Source: Yoonia sp. (lineage in GTDB: Archaea > Thermoplasmatota > Poseidoniia > Poseidoniales > Poseidoniaceae). From it: a stretch of DNA of 58,678 nt. Where the stretch lies: NCBI GenBank assembly GCA_964230945.1, contig CAXRJJ010000049.1, positions 1-58,678 of the forward strand, written 5' to 3'. The notes beneath the pieces are model-generated. The model was not told the origin of the DNA, did no database searches, and saw nothing but the letters and a program-made list of their open reading frames with translations. Shown here piece after piece: positions 1 through 12,100 of this stretch (position 1 is the first letter of the stretch; each line of letters begins with the position of its first letter). The position numbers and the translations under genes were made by a program.

Positions 1-1
1 C

Positions 2-2593
2 AACATGGCTATCGTTGATATTCAGGTTGTCAACTGGTACGATATCGGAGTCTCACTTGAGTGGGATAGCGGTGCAGAAAAGGAGTCCGGAGCAGGAACA
101 CACGATTACACATTGACTGTATCTTCTGATGGATCAGAGAATTGGTCCGCCCGTGAAGTTTCAGTCGATTTGATCATCTCAGAGGACCCAACTGGAGTTT
201 TGGATGGCGGCACAGGAACCACCACCCTAACCGCAGGAACTCCTGATACCGTTGAGATTTTCTTCAATATGACCGCTCCTTGTGATGATACTAACGGAGA
301 CGGCCAGTGGACCACCGCAGATGATGGCGAGTGTGATCCAAGAAATGGCGATGGAAATCGTACTGTGGTTGATTACCAGTCTTCATGGACGCACACTGAT
401 TCAGTCGATGTGGATGGAATGACAGAGGGTTCTTACATTGTATCTGCAGTTCTCAGGGAATACACCATCTATGGTGCAGCCCCAGAATGCCTAGAAACTT
501 GGGAAGATGAGACCGTGGATGCCGATGGAAACGTTGTGAGGTCGGACAATTCTTCGCAGAATATCTGTGAAGTGGTTGTAGAGACTGATGATAACAACTC
601 AAACAATGAAGATGATATCTCTGGATACATCGGTGTTTTCCATGATATAGCACTTACATCTGTTGCTGTTGCACAGGGATATGATGCAATGGGACAGGGT
701 GAAGCAACCACAATCGCATCCGATGGAGACATTGGAGTTGGCTACAGTATGTTGTACGCCAGTGTTGAGCACCGTGGTAGCGAACAAACCGGACCATATG
801 ATTGGCAGGTTGATTTCACAGTGACTGATTTGTCCGATGACACAACTACCTCATACACAGCAGATGAGTGTCCAAGTGGAGTTGGTGCTCCTTACGTTCA
901 CGACATGATTGGAGATACAGTAGATTCTCACCCATTCGGCTATGCTTGTGTTGGACACACCTTCTCTGCAGGTAAGTACAAGGTTGAGGCAGTGGCTTCC
1001 ATGGTCGGTGGTTCCACTCCTGATGAGAACTCAGCCAATGACGATGCATACGGTATGTTCGATGCACGAAACAATGACCCGGTACTTTCCCTCTCTCTAC
1101 AGAATCAGGGAGATATCAGAGTTGGAGATGTTATCACCCTTGACGCTAATGCATTCGATGCAGAGGATATCACAGGCGAGTCGCTAACTTATGAGTGGAA
1201 TAGAGTCACAATTGATGGAATAAGTACACCAATCGCTGAATGTAACGCTGATGATATGAACGACAAGGGATATCGTGTATGTACCGCTCCTGTTGATCAG
1301 TCTTGGTCAACTACTCTGCCGGTAAGTGTAACCGTTACTGATCCACACGGTGGAGAAGATTCAGCAACCTTGGACGTCATGGTCTGGAATGTTGGAACCG
1401 CTAGTGGCAGCTCTTCTGACGGGGCTGTTTCGATAGATTATACATTGACATACAATGCAGCATCTGCATGGATAATCAATGTCTCAGATGGTGATGCAGA
1501 AACCGGAGTTTATCTTGGTGGGGTTGAAGCAGATTCGATGTATGTTCTCGATTTGAGCCTTACTCACATGGATGCGATCGACGTTCTTGAGCAGACTTTG
1601 ACAGTATCCTTCCCAGGAGATGCCGATGAGGATTACGGTCTGTACTGGAAGAACGATCAAACAAATTGGGATGATAGTCCACTAGACACAACTGCAGTTC
1701 AGGTCAATTCAACCCACATGTCCTTTACTTGGGACGGTGGAGACGTTGGAGGCACATTGTACTCAGGTTCCCTTGGAATATTCAATGCAGCTGCATCAAC
1801 TGGAGAAGTACCAGAAGATGGAATCGCCAATGCTTGGTACGAGAACCTTGCAGGCGGACAGATTGTCGTTAAGTGGAATTTGACCAACGATGGTGCTGGC
1901 CTTCTAGATAATGATAGACTCGAGGTGTGCACCTCCGCAGATGATTGCTTCAATGCGGGGCCTGCACTTACTGCATCGCAGTATACTATCAACAACGGAG
2001 TACATGGAGAAGTGTTCAACGTAACAGTAAGAGTGGCTAACGATATCGGCGCAAACGCAGCGGTCGGTACTTTCACCGCAATAGCAGATGCCGCAGTTGA
2101 TCCTGCACCAAGCATCGCCTTTGGTGAGGTTACCAATGGCTCCAGCGCTTGGACCATCGCTTTGACCGTCACTGATGCTGGTGATGCTGACTCATTCCAC
2201 GTATGTTGGAATAGCGGTCCAATCAATAATCCAGCAGGGTTAGTACCATCCGTTGACATCTCATGCGTAAAGGCAGACAAGGCCGATACATCGGTTGACG
2301 TCAACAAGCCAGGTGTATCCGTGCACACCGTCTACCACTTTGTAATCTATGCAGAGGATGTCGCTGGTAACATTCTGGCAACAGATGCGAGCACCACAAT
2401 CGACCGCTGGGGTACTTCCTCAGGAAACACCAACACTGACGGAACCTTGGGAGACGATCTTGAGGCAGAGCAGGGTGTTCCAACCTGGGCTTGGGGTATC
2501 ATCATCGGAATCGTTGTTGTCGCATTCGGAATTGGAGCTTTCATCCTAAGCCGTGGTGGCGAAGGTGGCGAAGGCAAGGAATGGGATTACTGA
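2..2593 (+). CDS. Large acidic cell-surface protein, 5'-truncated by the window edge, with a C-terminal TM anchor
   Basis: The frame is open from nt 2. The first Met (nt 5) has no signal peptide, so the gene probably starts upstream. It has Asp/Thr/Gly-rich beta-type segments (PKD/Ig-like ...VTVTDPHGGEDSATLDVMVWN). It ends with the hydrophobic helix WAWGIIIGIVVVAFGIGAFILS plus a charged tail; stop TGA at 2591-2593. Confidence 0.8.
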   Translation, partial: NMAIVDIQVVNWYDIGVSLEWDSGAEKESGAGTHDYTLTVSSDGSENWSAREVSVDLIISEDPTGVLDGGTGTTTLTAGTPDTVEIFFNMTAPCDDTNGDGQWTTADDGECDPRNGDGNRTVVDYQSSWTHTDSVDVDGMTEGSYIVSAVLREYTIYGAAPECLETWEDETVDADGNVVRSDNSSQNICEVVVETDDNNSNNEDDISGYIGVFHDIALTSVAVAQGYDAMGQGEATTIASDGDIGVGYSMLYASVEHRGSEQTGPYDWQVDFTVTDLSDDTTTSYTADECPSGVGAPYVHDMIGDTVDSHPFGYACVGHTFSAGKYKVEAVASMVGGSTPDENSANDDAYGMFDARNNDPVLSLSLQNQGDIRVGDVITLDANAFDAEDITGESLTYEWNRVTIDGISTPIAECNADDMNDKGYRVCTAPVDQSWSTTLPVSVTVTDPHGGEDSATLDVMVWNVGTASGSSSDGAVSIDYTLTYNAASAWIINVSDGDAETGVYLGGVEADSMYVLDLSLTHMDAIDVLEQTLTVSFPGDADEDYGLYWKNDQTNWDDSPLDTTAVQVNSTHMSFTWDGGDVGGTLYSGSLGIFNAAASTGEVPEDGIANAWYENLAGGQIVVKWNLTNDGAGLLDNDRLEVCTSADDCFNAGPALTASQYTINNGVHGEVFNVTVRVANDIGANAAVGTFTAIADAAVDPAPSIAFGEVTNGSSAWTIALTVTDAGDADSFHVCWNSGPINNPAGLVPSVDISCVKADKADTSVDVNKPGVSVHTVYHFVIYAEDVAGNILATDASTTIDRWGTSSGNTNTDGTLGDDLEAEQGVPTWAWGIIIGIVVVAFGIGAFILSRGGEGGEGKEWDY

Positions 2594-2600
2594 TCCCTTA

Positions 2601-2616
2601 CTTGTTTGCAAACAAG
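2601..2616. terminator. Perfect 16-nt palindrome CTTGTTTGCAAACAAG, 7 nt after the stop of the upstream surface-protein gene
   Basis: Read directly: CTTGTTTG / CAAACAAG are exact reverse complements. A terminator function is inferred from position only. Confidence 0.35.
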
Positions 2617-2642
2617 CCGTATGCCCTCTAAGGGTTGAGATT

Positions 2643-2671
2643 GGCCGGCTGGGCTGCGCGCCCAGTCGGTC
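2643..2671. terminator. GC-rich stem-loop (about 12 bp including 2 G:U pairs, 5-nt loop)
   Basis: GGCCGGCTGGGC-TGCGC-GCCCAGTCGGTC, paired by hand. It lies downstream of the 2-2593 CDS. Function is inferred. Confidence 0.35.
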
Positions 2672-2710
2672 ACGATTTCGGTAGTTTCCGAAGCAGTGTG
2701 CATTGTTACT

Positions 2711-2728
2711 CATTTACCTTGGTAAATG
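2711..2728. repeat. 8+8 inverted repeat CATTTACC-TT-GGTAAATG; the half-site CATTTACC recurs at 2862-2869
   Basis: Seen directly in the 528-bp intergenic region upstream of the giant ORF. A 2-nt spacer is too short for an RNA hairpin, so a dimeric DNA-binding site is more plausible. Confidence 0.5.
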
Positions 2729-2893
2729 CCTCTCTTGACGATCATATTGGTGGTTTGCGGACTACCTTTGGTGATGCTCATGTTCACTGAGAGTCTTGAA
2801 TAGTTCGAGTTTGAACAAATAGTTTGATTGTAATGTAGCCACCCAATTGGAATGCTTCATTCATTTACCCTCATAACCTGACGTAACAGCGCA

Positions 2894-2935
2894 CGAAATT
2901 CTCAGAAAACTCCGTCCATAATTCCCGAAATTCTC
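2894..2935. repeat. Direct repeat of the 10-mer CGAAATTCTC (2894-2903 and 2926-2935), start-to-start spacing 32 bp
   Basis: Exact match read from the sequence, immediately upstream of a TTTATA element. A possible regulator-binding pair. Confidence 0.5.
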
Positions 2936-2952
2936 TATTTTCTTAGAGGTAA

Positions 2953-2958
2953 TTTATA
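2953..2958 (+). promoter_or_regulatory. Candidate archaeal TATA box (TTTATA)
   Basis: TTTATA within aggtaaTTTATAgcaag. It is the only TATA-like element close to the giant ORF, 53 nt before ATG 3011 and 164 nt before ATG 3122. Position-based inference only. Confidence 0.2.
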
Positions 2959-3121
2959 GCAAGTTTTCGCAATATTTGTGAATTTGGAAAATCGCTGATT
3001 TCTGAACAGTATGGCATTTTTTCAAATATTCTGTACCCCAATGCTCATAAGTGTCATAAGTTCTCCGAAGGCTTGCATACAGTCCGTATACGGAGTTGAT
3101 GACAATATGATAGGAAACAAC

Positions 3122-6100
3122 ATGAAGAAGACAACAATCTGGGGAGGGCTATTTAGCGCCCTATTCCTCTGTGCTTTGATGGCATTGATGCCATTCAGCA
3201 GCGTAGTGGCCCCAGCGAGCGAGACTGACTATACGAATGAGTCAGAGACGGCAGAAGAGAAAGCAGATCCTTTCTTCTTGCCAGAACAGATAGAACCAGT
3301 TAACTGGGAGTATGGTCTTGAGAACGAATTAGAAGGTATGAGGACTTGGAACCAGAAGGCCTTCGTGCATGATGGCGAGATTAAGTTGCTAACTGGCAGC
3401 GAACCAATCCATTATGCTGACAACGGTGTTTGGAAAGATATCGATGTCAACATCAAGGCCAATGCAAATGGCTGGGAAGTGACCGAGAACGCATTCGAGA
3501 CTTACTTCCCTGCTGATGTTGGTGCTGGTGTCACGATTCAGCTGGACCCTAACGTGGATCCACTGGTGACCGGTATTGCACCACAAGTCGTGACAATGGA
3601 TGAGTCCGGTGTTAACCCAATGGTTCACCGTGCCGCTCCTTCTCATGACGCAATCAGCGTTGGAGGAAACGTGATTCGCTATCCAGTCGCACAAGATTTC
3701 GACTTGGATTACGAGGTCACTTCAACTGGTGTCAAGCAGGATTTGATTATCCGCTCTCAGCCAGTTGTTGAGGAGATAGACTACTGGTTCGGACTGCGAG
3801 AAATTATGCGCCTACCAGTTGGATATGCTCTTTTCATTGGAGACGAAATGGTAGAGCACGAGATTCTCACTACTCAGGAACCGATGAGCATCCGCAGCCT
3901 AGAGACTGGTAGCCAGCTCGGAGAGATTCCACCTCCAGTGGTAATCGAGCCAGGGGCAGAGGCTCCATACATCGCCACATTCTTCGTCAGCGTTGAGAAT
4001 GGATTGATTTCCATCACTACCGCAGTCGAGACTTCTTGGTTGATGGATGAGAACCGCACCTTCCCTCTATCTCTTGATCCAAGCATCAAGCAGACTTCCA
4101 ACGCTGGTGGATACTGTTATGTCTATTACGGCTATTGCTATTCAAGCAGTTACCGATACATGTACAGGTATTACAATTCCCACTACTACATGCCATGGAG
4201 CAAGTATCAATTCAGCTCCAACAACCAACTGCCTTCCGGTGCAACCGCAAGTACAGTCAAGTGGAAGCAGTACATGCAATATTCATACGCATGGGGCAGC
4301 AATTCTCACACTGTTGCAATCATGAAGCAGTGTGGTACAGATGTCAGATATAATTACCAAATCACTACAGCTTCTTGTACCAGCACCAGTATGGGTAGCA
4401 GCGACCTGGGTACTGGATATGGTAATACCAAAGCAAGGAAGATGATCAGTTCGCAATGGAACAGTCCGAGCGTAGGTACTCTGGGTCTTGGTACAGGTTG
4501 GAAGTCAGCAACTCTGTCTACCAGTGGTACCAGTGATGTAGTCAGCGCATTGACCAGTAATGGCGTGATTGGTATGACATATCGAAACACCAACAGCAAT
4601 TACTACTACACTTACTCAAACCACGGTGGAACCAATAACGGATACCTCGAGATTTCCTATACTGGAGGTTCCGATACTACACCACCAACATCTGAATTCG
4701 TGCCATACGAAGCAACATCCTACAAGGAGGGTGCCCGTACCTTCTTCACTACCCTCAAGGATGGAGCTAGTATCGATACAACTTCCTCCGGTAAGCCACA
4801 TCTATACTACAGCATCAATGGTGGTTCATACACCAGTGTTGCAGCCACAAGTATTGGTACCTGCACAAGCAGCGCTACTGAGTGCCGATTTAAGGCATCT
4901 ACAGCAAGCATCAGTGCTGGAGACAGCGTGGATTACTACTGGGCATATCAAGATCTAGCTCAGACTGCAGGAATGAATCCAAACGGAAACAATTTCGCAA
5001 CTGATCCTGCTGGAGGAACCGGTTCGCCAAGCAGCGCTTCCGCTCCTTCCACACCTTACAACTTTGAAGTTGAAGATGTTGTGAATGCTGGAAATGCAAA
5101 GAAATTCGTTGTTTTGACAACTGATGTTTATGCAGGAAGCAACTGGAACCCTTCGAAGTTCTTCGACAGGCAGATGACATACTATGATGATAACGATGAG
5201 TTCGTATTCGAGTTTGACACAAGTAATTGTGGAACTGGATACAGTAATTCCTGTTTCTATGCATCTACCAGTTCAACCAATTTCTACAGCAACTGGGTGA
5301 CCCAGTGGACCACTTCACCTTCGAGCGGTTACAACGGCTTCGGCGGAACACGCTCTGGTAAGTCATTCCAGCACAAGGATTTGGGTGGATACCTAACTAT
5401 CTCTGCCCAGAATGGACCATCAATGAACTTGATTTATCATTATGATAGTTCGTCGAATGACTGGGGTCTTGTTGGACTTGATACTTCCACAGGTATCGAA
5501 GACAAGTTGACAGGTGGAACCACAAAGAACCACCGCTCTACCTATGGATACACCAAGGCTTGGAACATCAAGTTGGACGACATCTCCGGAACTGTTGGTA
5601 AGTTCGACTTCAACGGCACATACTCGTCCAGCAAATCTAACTGGATGTGCGTAGGTACCAACGGATTCTACTACTTCTTCCGTTCAACCAGCAGCAACCC
5701 AGGATGCTCATCTGGATACTACTACATCTACAGTAACTCCTACAGGTGGACTGGTTTCGCTCTGAACGCAGGATACTACGGTAGAATGGCCAGCACTGGT
5801 GACATGTCTTACAAGGTAAGCAAGGTCGCTCCAGAACCTGATCTTTCAAAGCCTAATGTGATTCACAATGTGATGAAGGACAGTCACTCTACAAAGAGGA
5901 CTTTCGCATTCAAGATTACTGATGCAGGAGAACCTCCATCTGGATTGAATACCTCATCCGCAGCAGGTGTTGGACCAACTCTCTACTATACGATTACAGA
6001 TGCTGATGGTACTGTTGGATCCCAGCAGAGCAAGGTATTGTCCCCTGATGATACCCGCAGCAACTGTGTATTGAATGCATGTACATGGACCGCAACACTA

Positions 6101-9100
6101 TCTGACTTGGAGCGAGAGAGTTCAATTTCTTACTACCTAAAGACTCAGGACCTTTCAACAGTAGCAAGTGGACCTAACGTCAACCAAACCTCTGCGAACA
6201 CCTTTGAGGTCGCATGGCCAAAGAAGGTCTTCATAGTGGAATGGCATGATATTGGATTCAATGACCAGTATACTTGTAATGTACAGGCAAGATTGTATGA
6301 TACCACGAACGAGATTGAGTTCCATTACGATCCAGATTGTGAAGTGTATTACGATTACGCAACTGTCGGTTATCAAGACCAGACACGAAACAAGGGAGCA
6401 ACTCTACGTGATGATCTTGGATACATGGGTAACACGGCAAAGGGTGTCGGTGGAAACCCACACGATGTCAACTACAGAATCTTCACTGACAGTAGTAGTC
6501 ATGGTTCGGAGGAATTCGATACTGGAGGCTTCACCGAGTTGACCAATTACAAGACCGCAATTACCGGCACCAGCAATGGCCGCCCATACCTGTACTACTG
6601 CTCCAGTTCATACTACTGGAACACCTACAAGGCTAATTGCGACGCTAACATCGACATGCCTGACGACTTCACCTTCGAGTACTTCGGAACCACCTACAAC
6701 GGTACAGTTTCGACCAACAAGGTGATGCTCAGCCGTTTCGCTGGAATGTACTTCAAGCAGACATCCTCAACCGCTCCAGAGCGTGCGATGACAACTTGGT
6801 ACAGCAACATGCCTGAATTGCCATACAAGAGCAATTCAGCTGCAAGACCAGGCCTAATCGCTCCATGGTGGGGTGGATACAGCGCATACTACTGTTATGA
6901 TACTACCAATGTTGACTGCAGTGTACGCTACCGAACCATGCCATTCGAGGGTAGGGGAACCGATATCGATGCAGATATTACTCAAGATACTTCTTGGGAT
7001 CTCATTGACAGCCCGATTCGCATCAATCCTTCAGGAGATTATCTTGCAATCAATGCTAACCTCAACATCGAGGAAGGCGTAGTGATTCAGGTTGCACAGG
7101 GCAAGGGAATTTCCTTTGATGGTTCTTGTGATAGAATGACTCTACAGGGTAACTCTGGAACCAACTCCAGTACTGGAGATTCCAATGGTATCCTCTTTGA
7201 GGGTCAGTACGGCCAGACTTGGAAGGGTATTTCCTTCACCGGAAGTTGCAGTACCGCTGCAGGAACCGATGACAGGCATGTCTTCAACTACACTACCTTT
7301 GCAAACACCACAGACTATGCAATATCTGCAGGTAGCCGACATGGAAACAGCCCATCTAGCAACTCTAACGTTGGAAACTTCACAATGCGCCATGTAGCCT
7401 TCAACAATGTAGGCGGAGCAATTTCCCACGGTAGTGGTCAGGGAACAGCATTCGCAATCAGCAATTTCGAGGTGTCGGATGCAAGCGACAGCTGTTTCAG
7501 CTTCCCAGCAGGATCTGATGTTTCTCTGACAGAAGGAGAAATGGACGGATGTAACTCTGGAAATGATGCTAGCGGTGGTGCAGTGACCTCTGATTCCGGA
7601 AGTGGTGGAAGCCTCTTTATGGAGAATGTCACCATTACCGACGCGCAGAAGAACGTTGTAAACACTGAACTGTCAGATGTAACTATAAGGAACGTTTCAG
7701 CAAGTTGGAGCGGAACTACCAATGGAGATTACGATATACGCCACACAGGAGCAGGACACCTAGAGTTGACTAACTTCGACTCAGATGATTATCCAAACTT
7801 CGAGTCTAATGCAATGACCTTTGCATTGGATGATGTTGATGTGGAGTCATCAATCAGTCTGTACCCTGGTGGATCCAGTTCCACAGCAAACGGACCATCT
7901 GGTTTGGATGCTAGCCTCAGCGATGTATCTGCTAACGGATTGAACGTTGCTAGATCAGCAATTTCTGGTAGTGATATTGATTTGAATGGCGGCGACCTAA
8001 GTATTTCTGGAAACAGCCCAAGCGCAGACCAGCAATCAATTACTGACTTGGAAGCAGGTGGAATAGGAATCAGTGGCTGTGGATTCAACATTGCTTTGAC
8101 CAATGTGGACCTAAGCGATACATCTGACACCGCTTACATCAGCAGCAGTTGTTCAAGCAGTTCAGCACCTAACACGCTTGTAGTGAACGACGGAAGTATT
8201 GCAACTGGTACCAGTTCAAACAACATCGTCTACGCTCGCAACTCCAAGATTACACTCGGAGATACTGACATAACAGGTCAGACTTCTTTCGGAAACAGCG
8301 TGGCCAAATCCAGCACAAATGGTGTCATCACATTGATTGATGTCACATGGCAAGGAAACGATTGTACTGACACGGATGGTTCGTGGGCTGGAGCAAGTGT
8401 TTGTTGGGTTGCTATATCCTCAAGCAGCGGACAGATTAACTTCGGTGGATCTGGAACAGCGGTCACCTTCAAGGAGAAGGCTGGTGCGCGCACCAACAAG
8501 GGCGGAATCGCAGTATCGACTTATGCATTGAATGCAGCAGGAACCGCAGCCACGTACTATCTAGGTACTCAGACCACAGATGGAAATGGTGAGGCTGAGG
8601 TATGGATTGTAACAAATGAACTATCTGGTTCCAGTTTGACTTCCCAGGCCCTTAGTGGTACATACTTCGATGCATCTGGACCAGCTGGTATCAACAGTAC
8701 TTTGAATGCTACATTCGGAATTGGAGACACCATGTATCTGCGTCTATCTCAGCCACCAATCGTGCTGAGCGATTCAGGAATGGACTGTGCCTACTTGGCT
8801 GCTAATGACAGCATCAAGGATAAGGATGAGGCCCCAGATGGCCAGCCTGCTGGTACATTCGTGCTCGATGATGGTTCAATCCAGATTCTAGCCGATCTAC
8901 ACATTGATGGGTGTGCTATCAAGTTGGTTGAGTCCTCAAAGTTCATCGTCAGTGGCGATGCTACATCTTCTCCAGTCTTGACCATAAGCAATGGTGGAAG
9001 CCTGATTTTGGAGTCTGGTTCTGAATTGAGAGCCGGTGTGGCAGCATATCCTGTCCACTTGGACATTGGAAATGGCGGAACCCTATCTCTGGATGCTTCG

Positions 9101-12100
9101 ACGATTAAGCAAATCAGGCAGGACAGTTCTGCTGGTGGCGCAATCATTGTCGGTAAGGGTGCAACTCTTGAGATGATCAATGGTTCAATCGCTTACGGAG
9201 ATTCAGCCAGCAGCAAGGACATGGCAACAATCATGGTAGACGGTGGAACATTCGCTGCTGATGACGCAAGCGTCATCAACAATGGTGGTACCGGAACCGG
9301 TGTTTGGTTCCAGAGAACAACTACTGTTGTGACGGATTTGACCGTGAGTGGTGCAGCCCGTGGAATCATGAGCAAGAATGCAGCACCAAGCGTCACTGGA
9401 TTTACCTTGACTAACAACGATGTTGGTGTGGAATTCTATGGAGGTATGTCATTGCCATCTATCTACCGAAGCACATTGTTGTCCGGTGAGGCAACTGGTT
9501 GGACCACTCATGCAATCGATTTGAGCGGTCAGGTTGATTCTGGCAAGCAATACCTACAGGTTGGATTCAATTCGATCTTTGGTGGAGGAAATGCCCACCC
9601 ACGCTACACTTACTACACCAGCAAGTACTACATGTTGTATGATAGAATGCGCTACGAAATCACCTTGGACGATGGAACCCAGTTCAACTATTCCTACGAC
9701 CAAGCTGGTAAGGACAGTGCAGGATACTGGAGCGATTCTTCCTCTGACAACTCCGATTACAGTGGATGGGGTCGATATGACTGCAACTACTATGGATACA
9801 GTCGAAACCCAGCTTACAGCGCATACAACTACATGTATTATCTAGCAAGGTATGCTTCACACTATGGTAGCAATGGATACTATGACTATCCAGACAACTT
9901 TGGATTCCGTTGGGAAGATGGTGGAGACATATCTTCTGGAACCATGTATTATCCATACCACTACTGGGGATACTACTACAACAACTACCATGCAATGTAT
10001 TCCAGTACTTACGCACCTCCTGAAGGTTTCAATGGACTATGGGGTAACTACAACATCTGTATTGACTATGCATACAACAATGCCTACTATATCACACCTG
10101 GAAAGGGTGCGAGAATGGCAATGCCAATCATCGATCTACAGAACACAGGAACAAACTCCGGAACATCTGGAAATATCGATACAGTAACTCTGTATGTTGA
10201 CGTTCTACACAACCGTGCAGATTACTATCAGGACCGTTTTGATATATTGGCACGAACTTCTGATGATCACAACGTCATGGGAGACTGGATGCGCGAGTCA
10301 GGAACACCATCCTTCAGCGATGGAACAATCACCGGTGCAGATGTTGGTATCGAGATTAGTGGTTCAGCTGCTGCTGGAGACGTCGAAGATGTGACCGTGA
10401 ACAGTCCAACCACCAGTGGAGTAGAAGTCACAGGTTCATCTGCTATCTCTTTCGATGGCTTGACTGTTAACGGTGGAGAGAACGGTGTCAAGGTGACCTA
10501 CACAGGTCGTGGCAAGGTTCACCTCAACAATATCGCACTAAACAACCAAAACAATGCTGGAATTCTATTCCAGAAGGATGTTTCTGGCGATTTGAGCGGA
10601 ACTATCACTGGAAGTGCTGGACCAGCTATTGAATATGGCTGGCTAACAAACACTGACAGGTCCTTCGAAAACCTTGATCTAAGTGGCAACGCGATTGGAA
10701 TTGAAACCGCTGGAAGTGGAGCCATAGAATTGTTTGATAGCGACTTCGCAAATACTGTCGATTTCAAGATTACCGGTTCAAGCTCAGTCGACTTCGTTGA
10801 TGGAACGGTAGATGAGAGCACAGTCTCCGTTTCTGGCGCTGGTATCTTCAAGCGTGCACGTAGTCTAGAAGTCACCGTCAATGCTGACAGCAATCCAATT
10901 GGAGAAGGCACTGATGTCTACTTGTTGGATAGCTCCTACAAGATGACTGGAAGTGGTGAGACCGATTCAAGTGGTGTCGCACAGGGACTGAGGTACTATA
11001 CTGCCCTTGTTGACAAGGTTGGCCTCACTAACCCCTCACTCAGCGGGTACAAATTGGGTACTGTAGCAAAGGTTGGAACCTACTCAGGAACAACCGGTGA
11101 CTTCCGCTACTACTACGATAGTGTAACACTAGATGCTAATGCAGCGTCTTCAGAGTCTGTGGATCTGGTTGAAAGGTTCGATGCTAGAGTTTGTTATTCA
11201 TTCTCTAGTACATCCTACACCATGTTGGCACAATGTGCTACCTCCACCTACCTCAGTACTAGCGGTCAAAGGACACTAAGTTGTGGAACTGGTTGTACAA
11301 TGAAAGAGTATGGATACTATGGTGGTGTTGTCTCTGACATGAGCAACATGAACATCATGGTCGACGTTCCGTTCATGTACATTGATGGTGGTAGCAACAA
11401 CAAGAACGAGTGGAACAACTCAGTTGTTATCATTACTGGTTCATACAGTTTCTACGGTGGTTCTGCTTGGAGAGCAACCTACCCATACAATGCTAAGTTG
11501 TATGTCGATGGTAGCGATTTCATAGCCATGAATGGAATGCAAGATAATGGACAACCCAACGGATACCAATTGGGATACTACTCTTGGTCGGATGTTAACC
11601 CGTGGTACAAGAACAGTAATTTCATCGGCGTTTCTACAATTGCAGCAGCCAATGAGAATGGAAACTGGATGCCTGACCACTTCGTTGTTGTTAACAACAC
11701 CATAGTCAGCAACACCGCAGTCGTTCCTGGAATCACCGCTCTAACCAACGATCAGTACTGTGTACACAATGGTGGAGTAAACGATGCAGAAATCACTGAC
11801 AACAAGTTCTACGATTGTGCAGTATCAGTACGTGCATGGCGTGGAAACACTTGGGGTATCAGTTCATCAAACTGGGGTGCTGACGACATGCTCATTGAAG
11901 ATAACGAGTTCAATGGCGGTGTTATCGACGTCTGGTTCGCATTGAGCAGCTATACTGATGATACCATTCTCAGAGGTAATACCCACACGGGTCCAGGAAT
12001 ATCCAGCTACGCTGTATATGCTCAAGACCAGCGAACAACAGGTACTCTGATTGAAGGAAACACTATTGACAATTCCGAAGAACCAATCTATCTACGTGGT

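Noticed and set aside
1699-2328. Long antisense or alternate-frame ORFs inside the big surface-protein genes. Examples are 1699-2328(-), 8791-9180(-), 10519-10911(-), 31914-32405(-) and 9534-10187(+).
   Set aside because: They lie entirely within much longer ORFs that have clear domain content. Their translations are low-complexity (Ser/Pro/Thr/Leu-rich, or T-runs produced by reading TAC/ACT-rich Tyr/Thr coding sequence out of frame). They have no motifs and look like shadow ORFs.
2726-2803. A 25-codon hydrophobic micro-ORF (MPLLTIILVVCGLPLVMLMFTESLE) upstream of the giant gene.
   Set aside because: It is too short to distinguish from chance in a 528-bp non-coding stretch. It has no ribosome-binding or conservation evidence. 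It is mentioned only as something to test.
3011-3121. An upstream ATG (3011) giving a 37-aa N-terminal extension of the giant ORF.
   Set aside because: The extension (MAFFQIFCTPMLISVISSPKACIQSVYGVDDNMIGNN) would bury the clear signal peptide that begins at MKKTT (3122). It is kept as an alternative because the TTTATA element at 2953 is better spaced for 3011.
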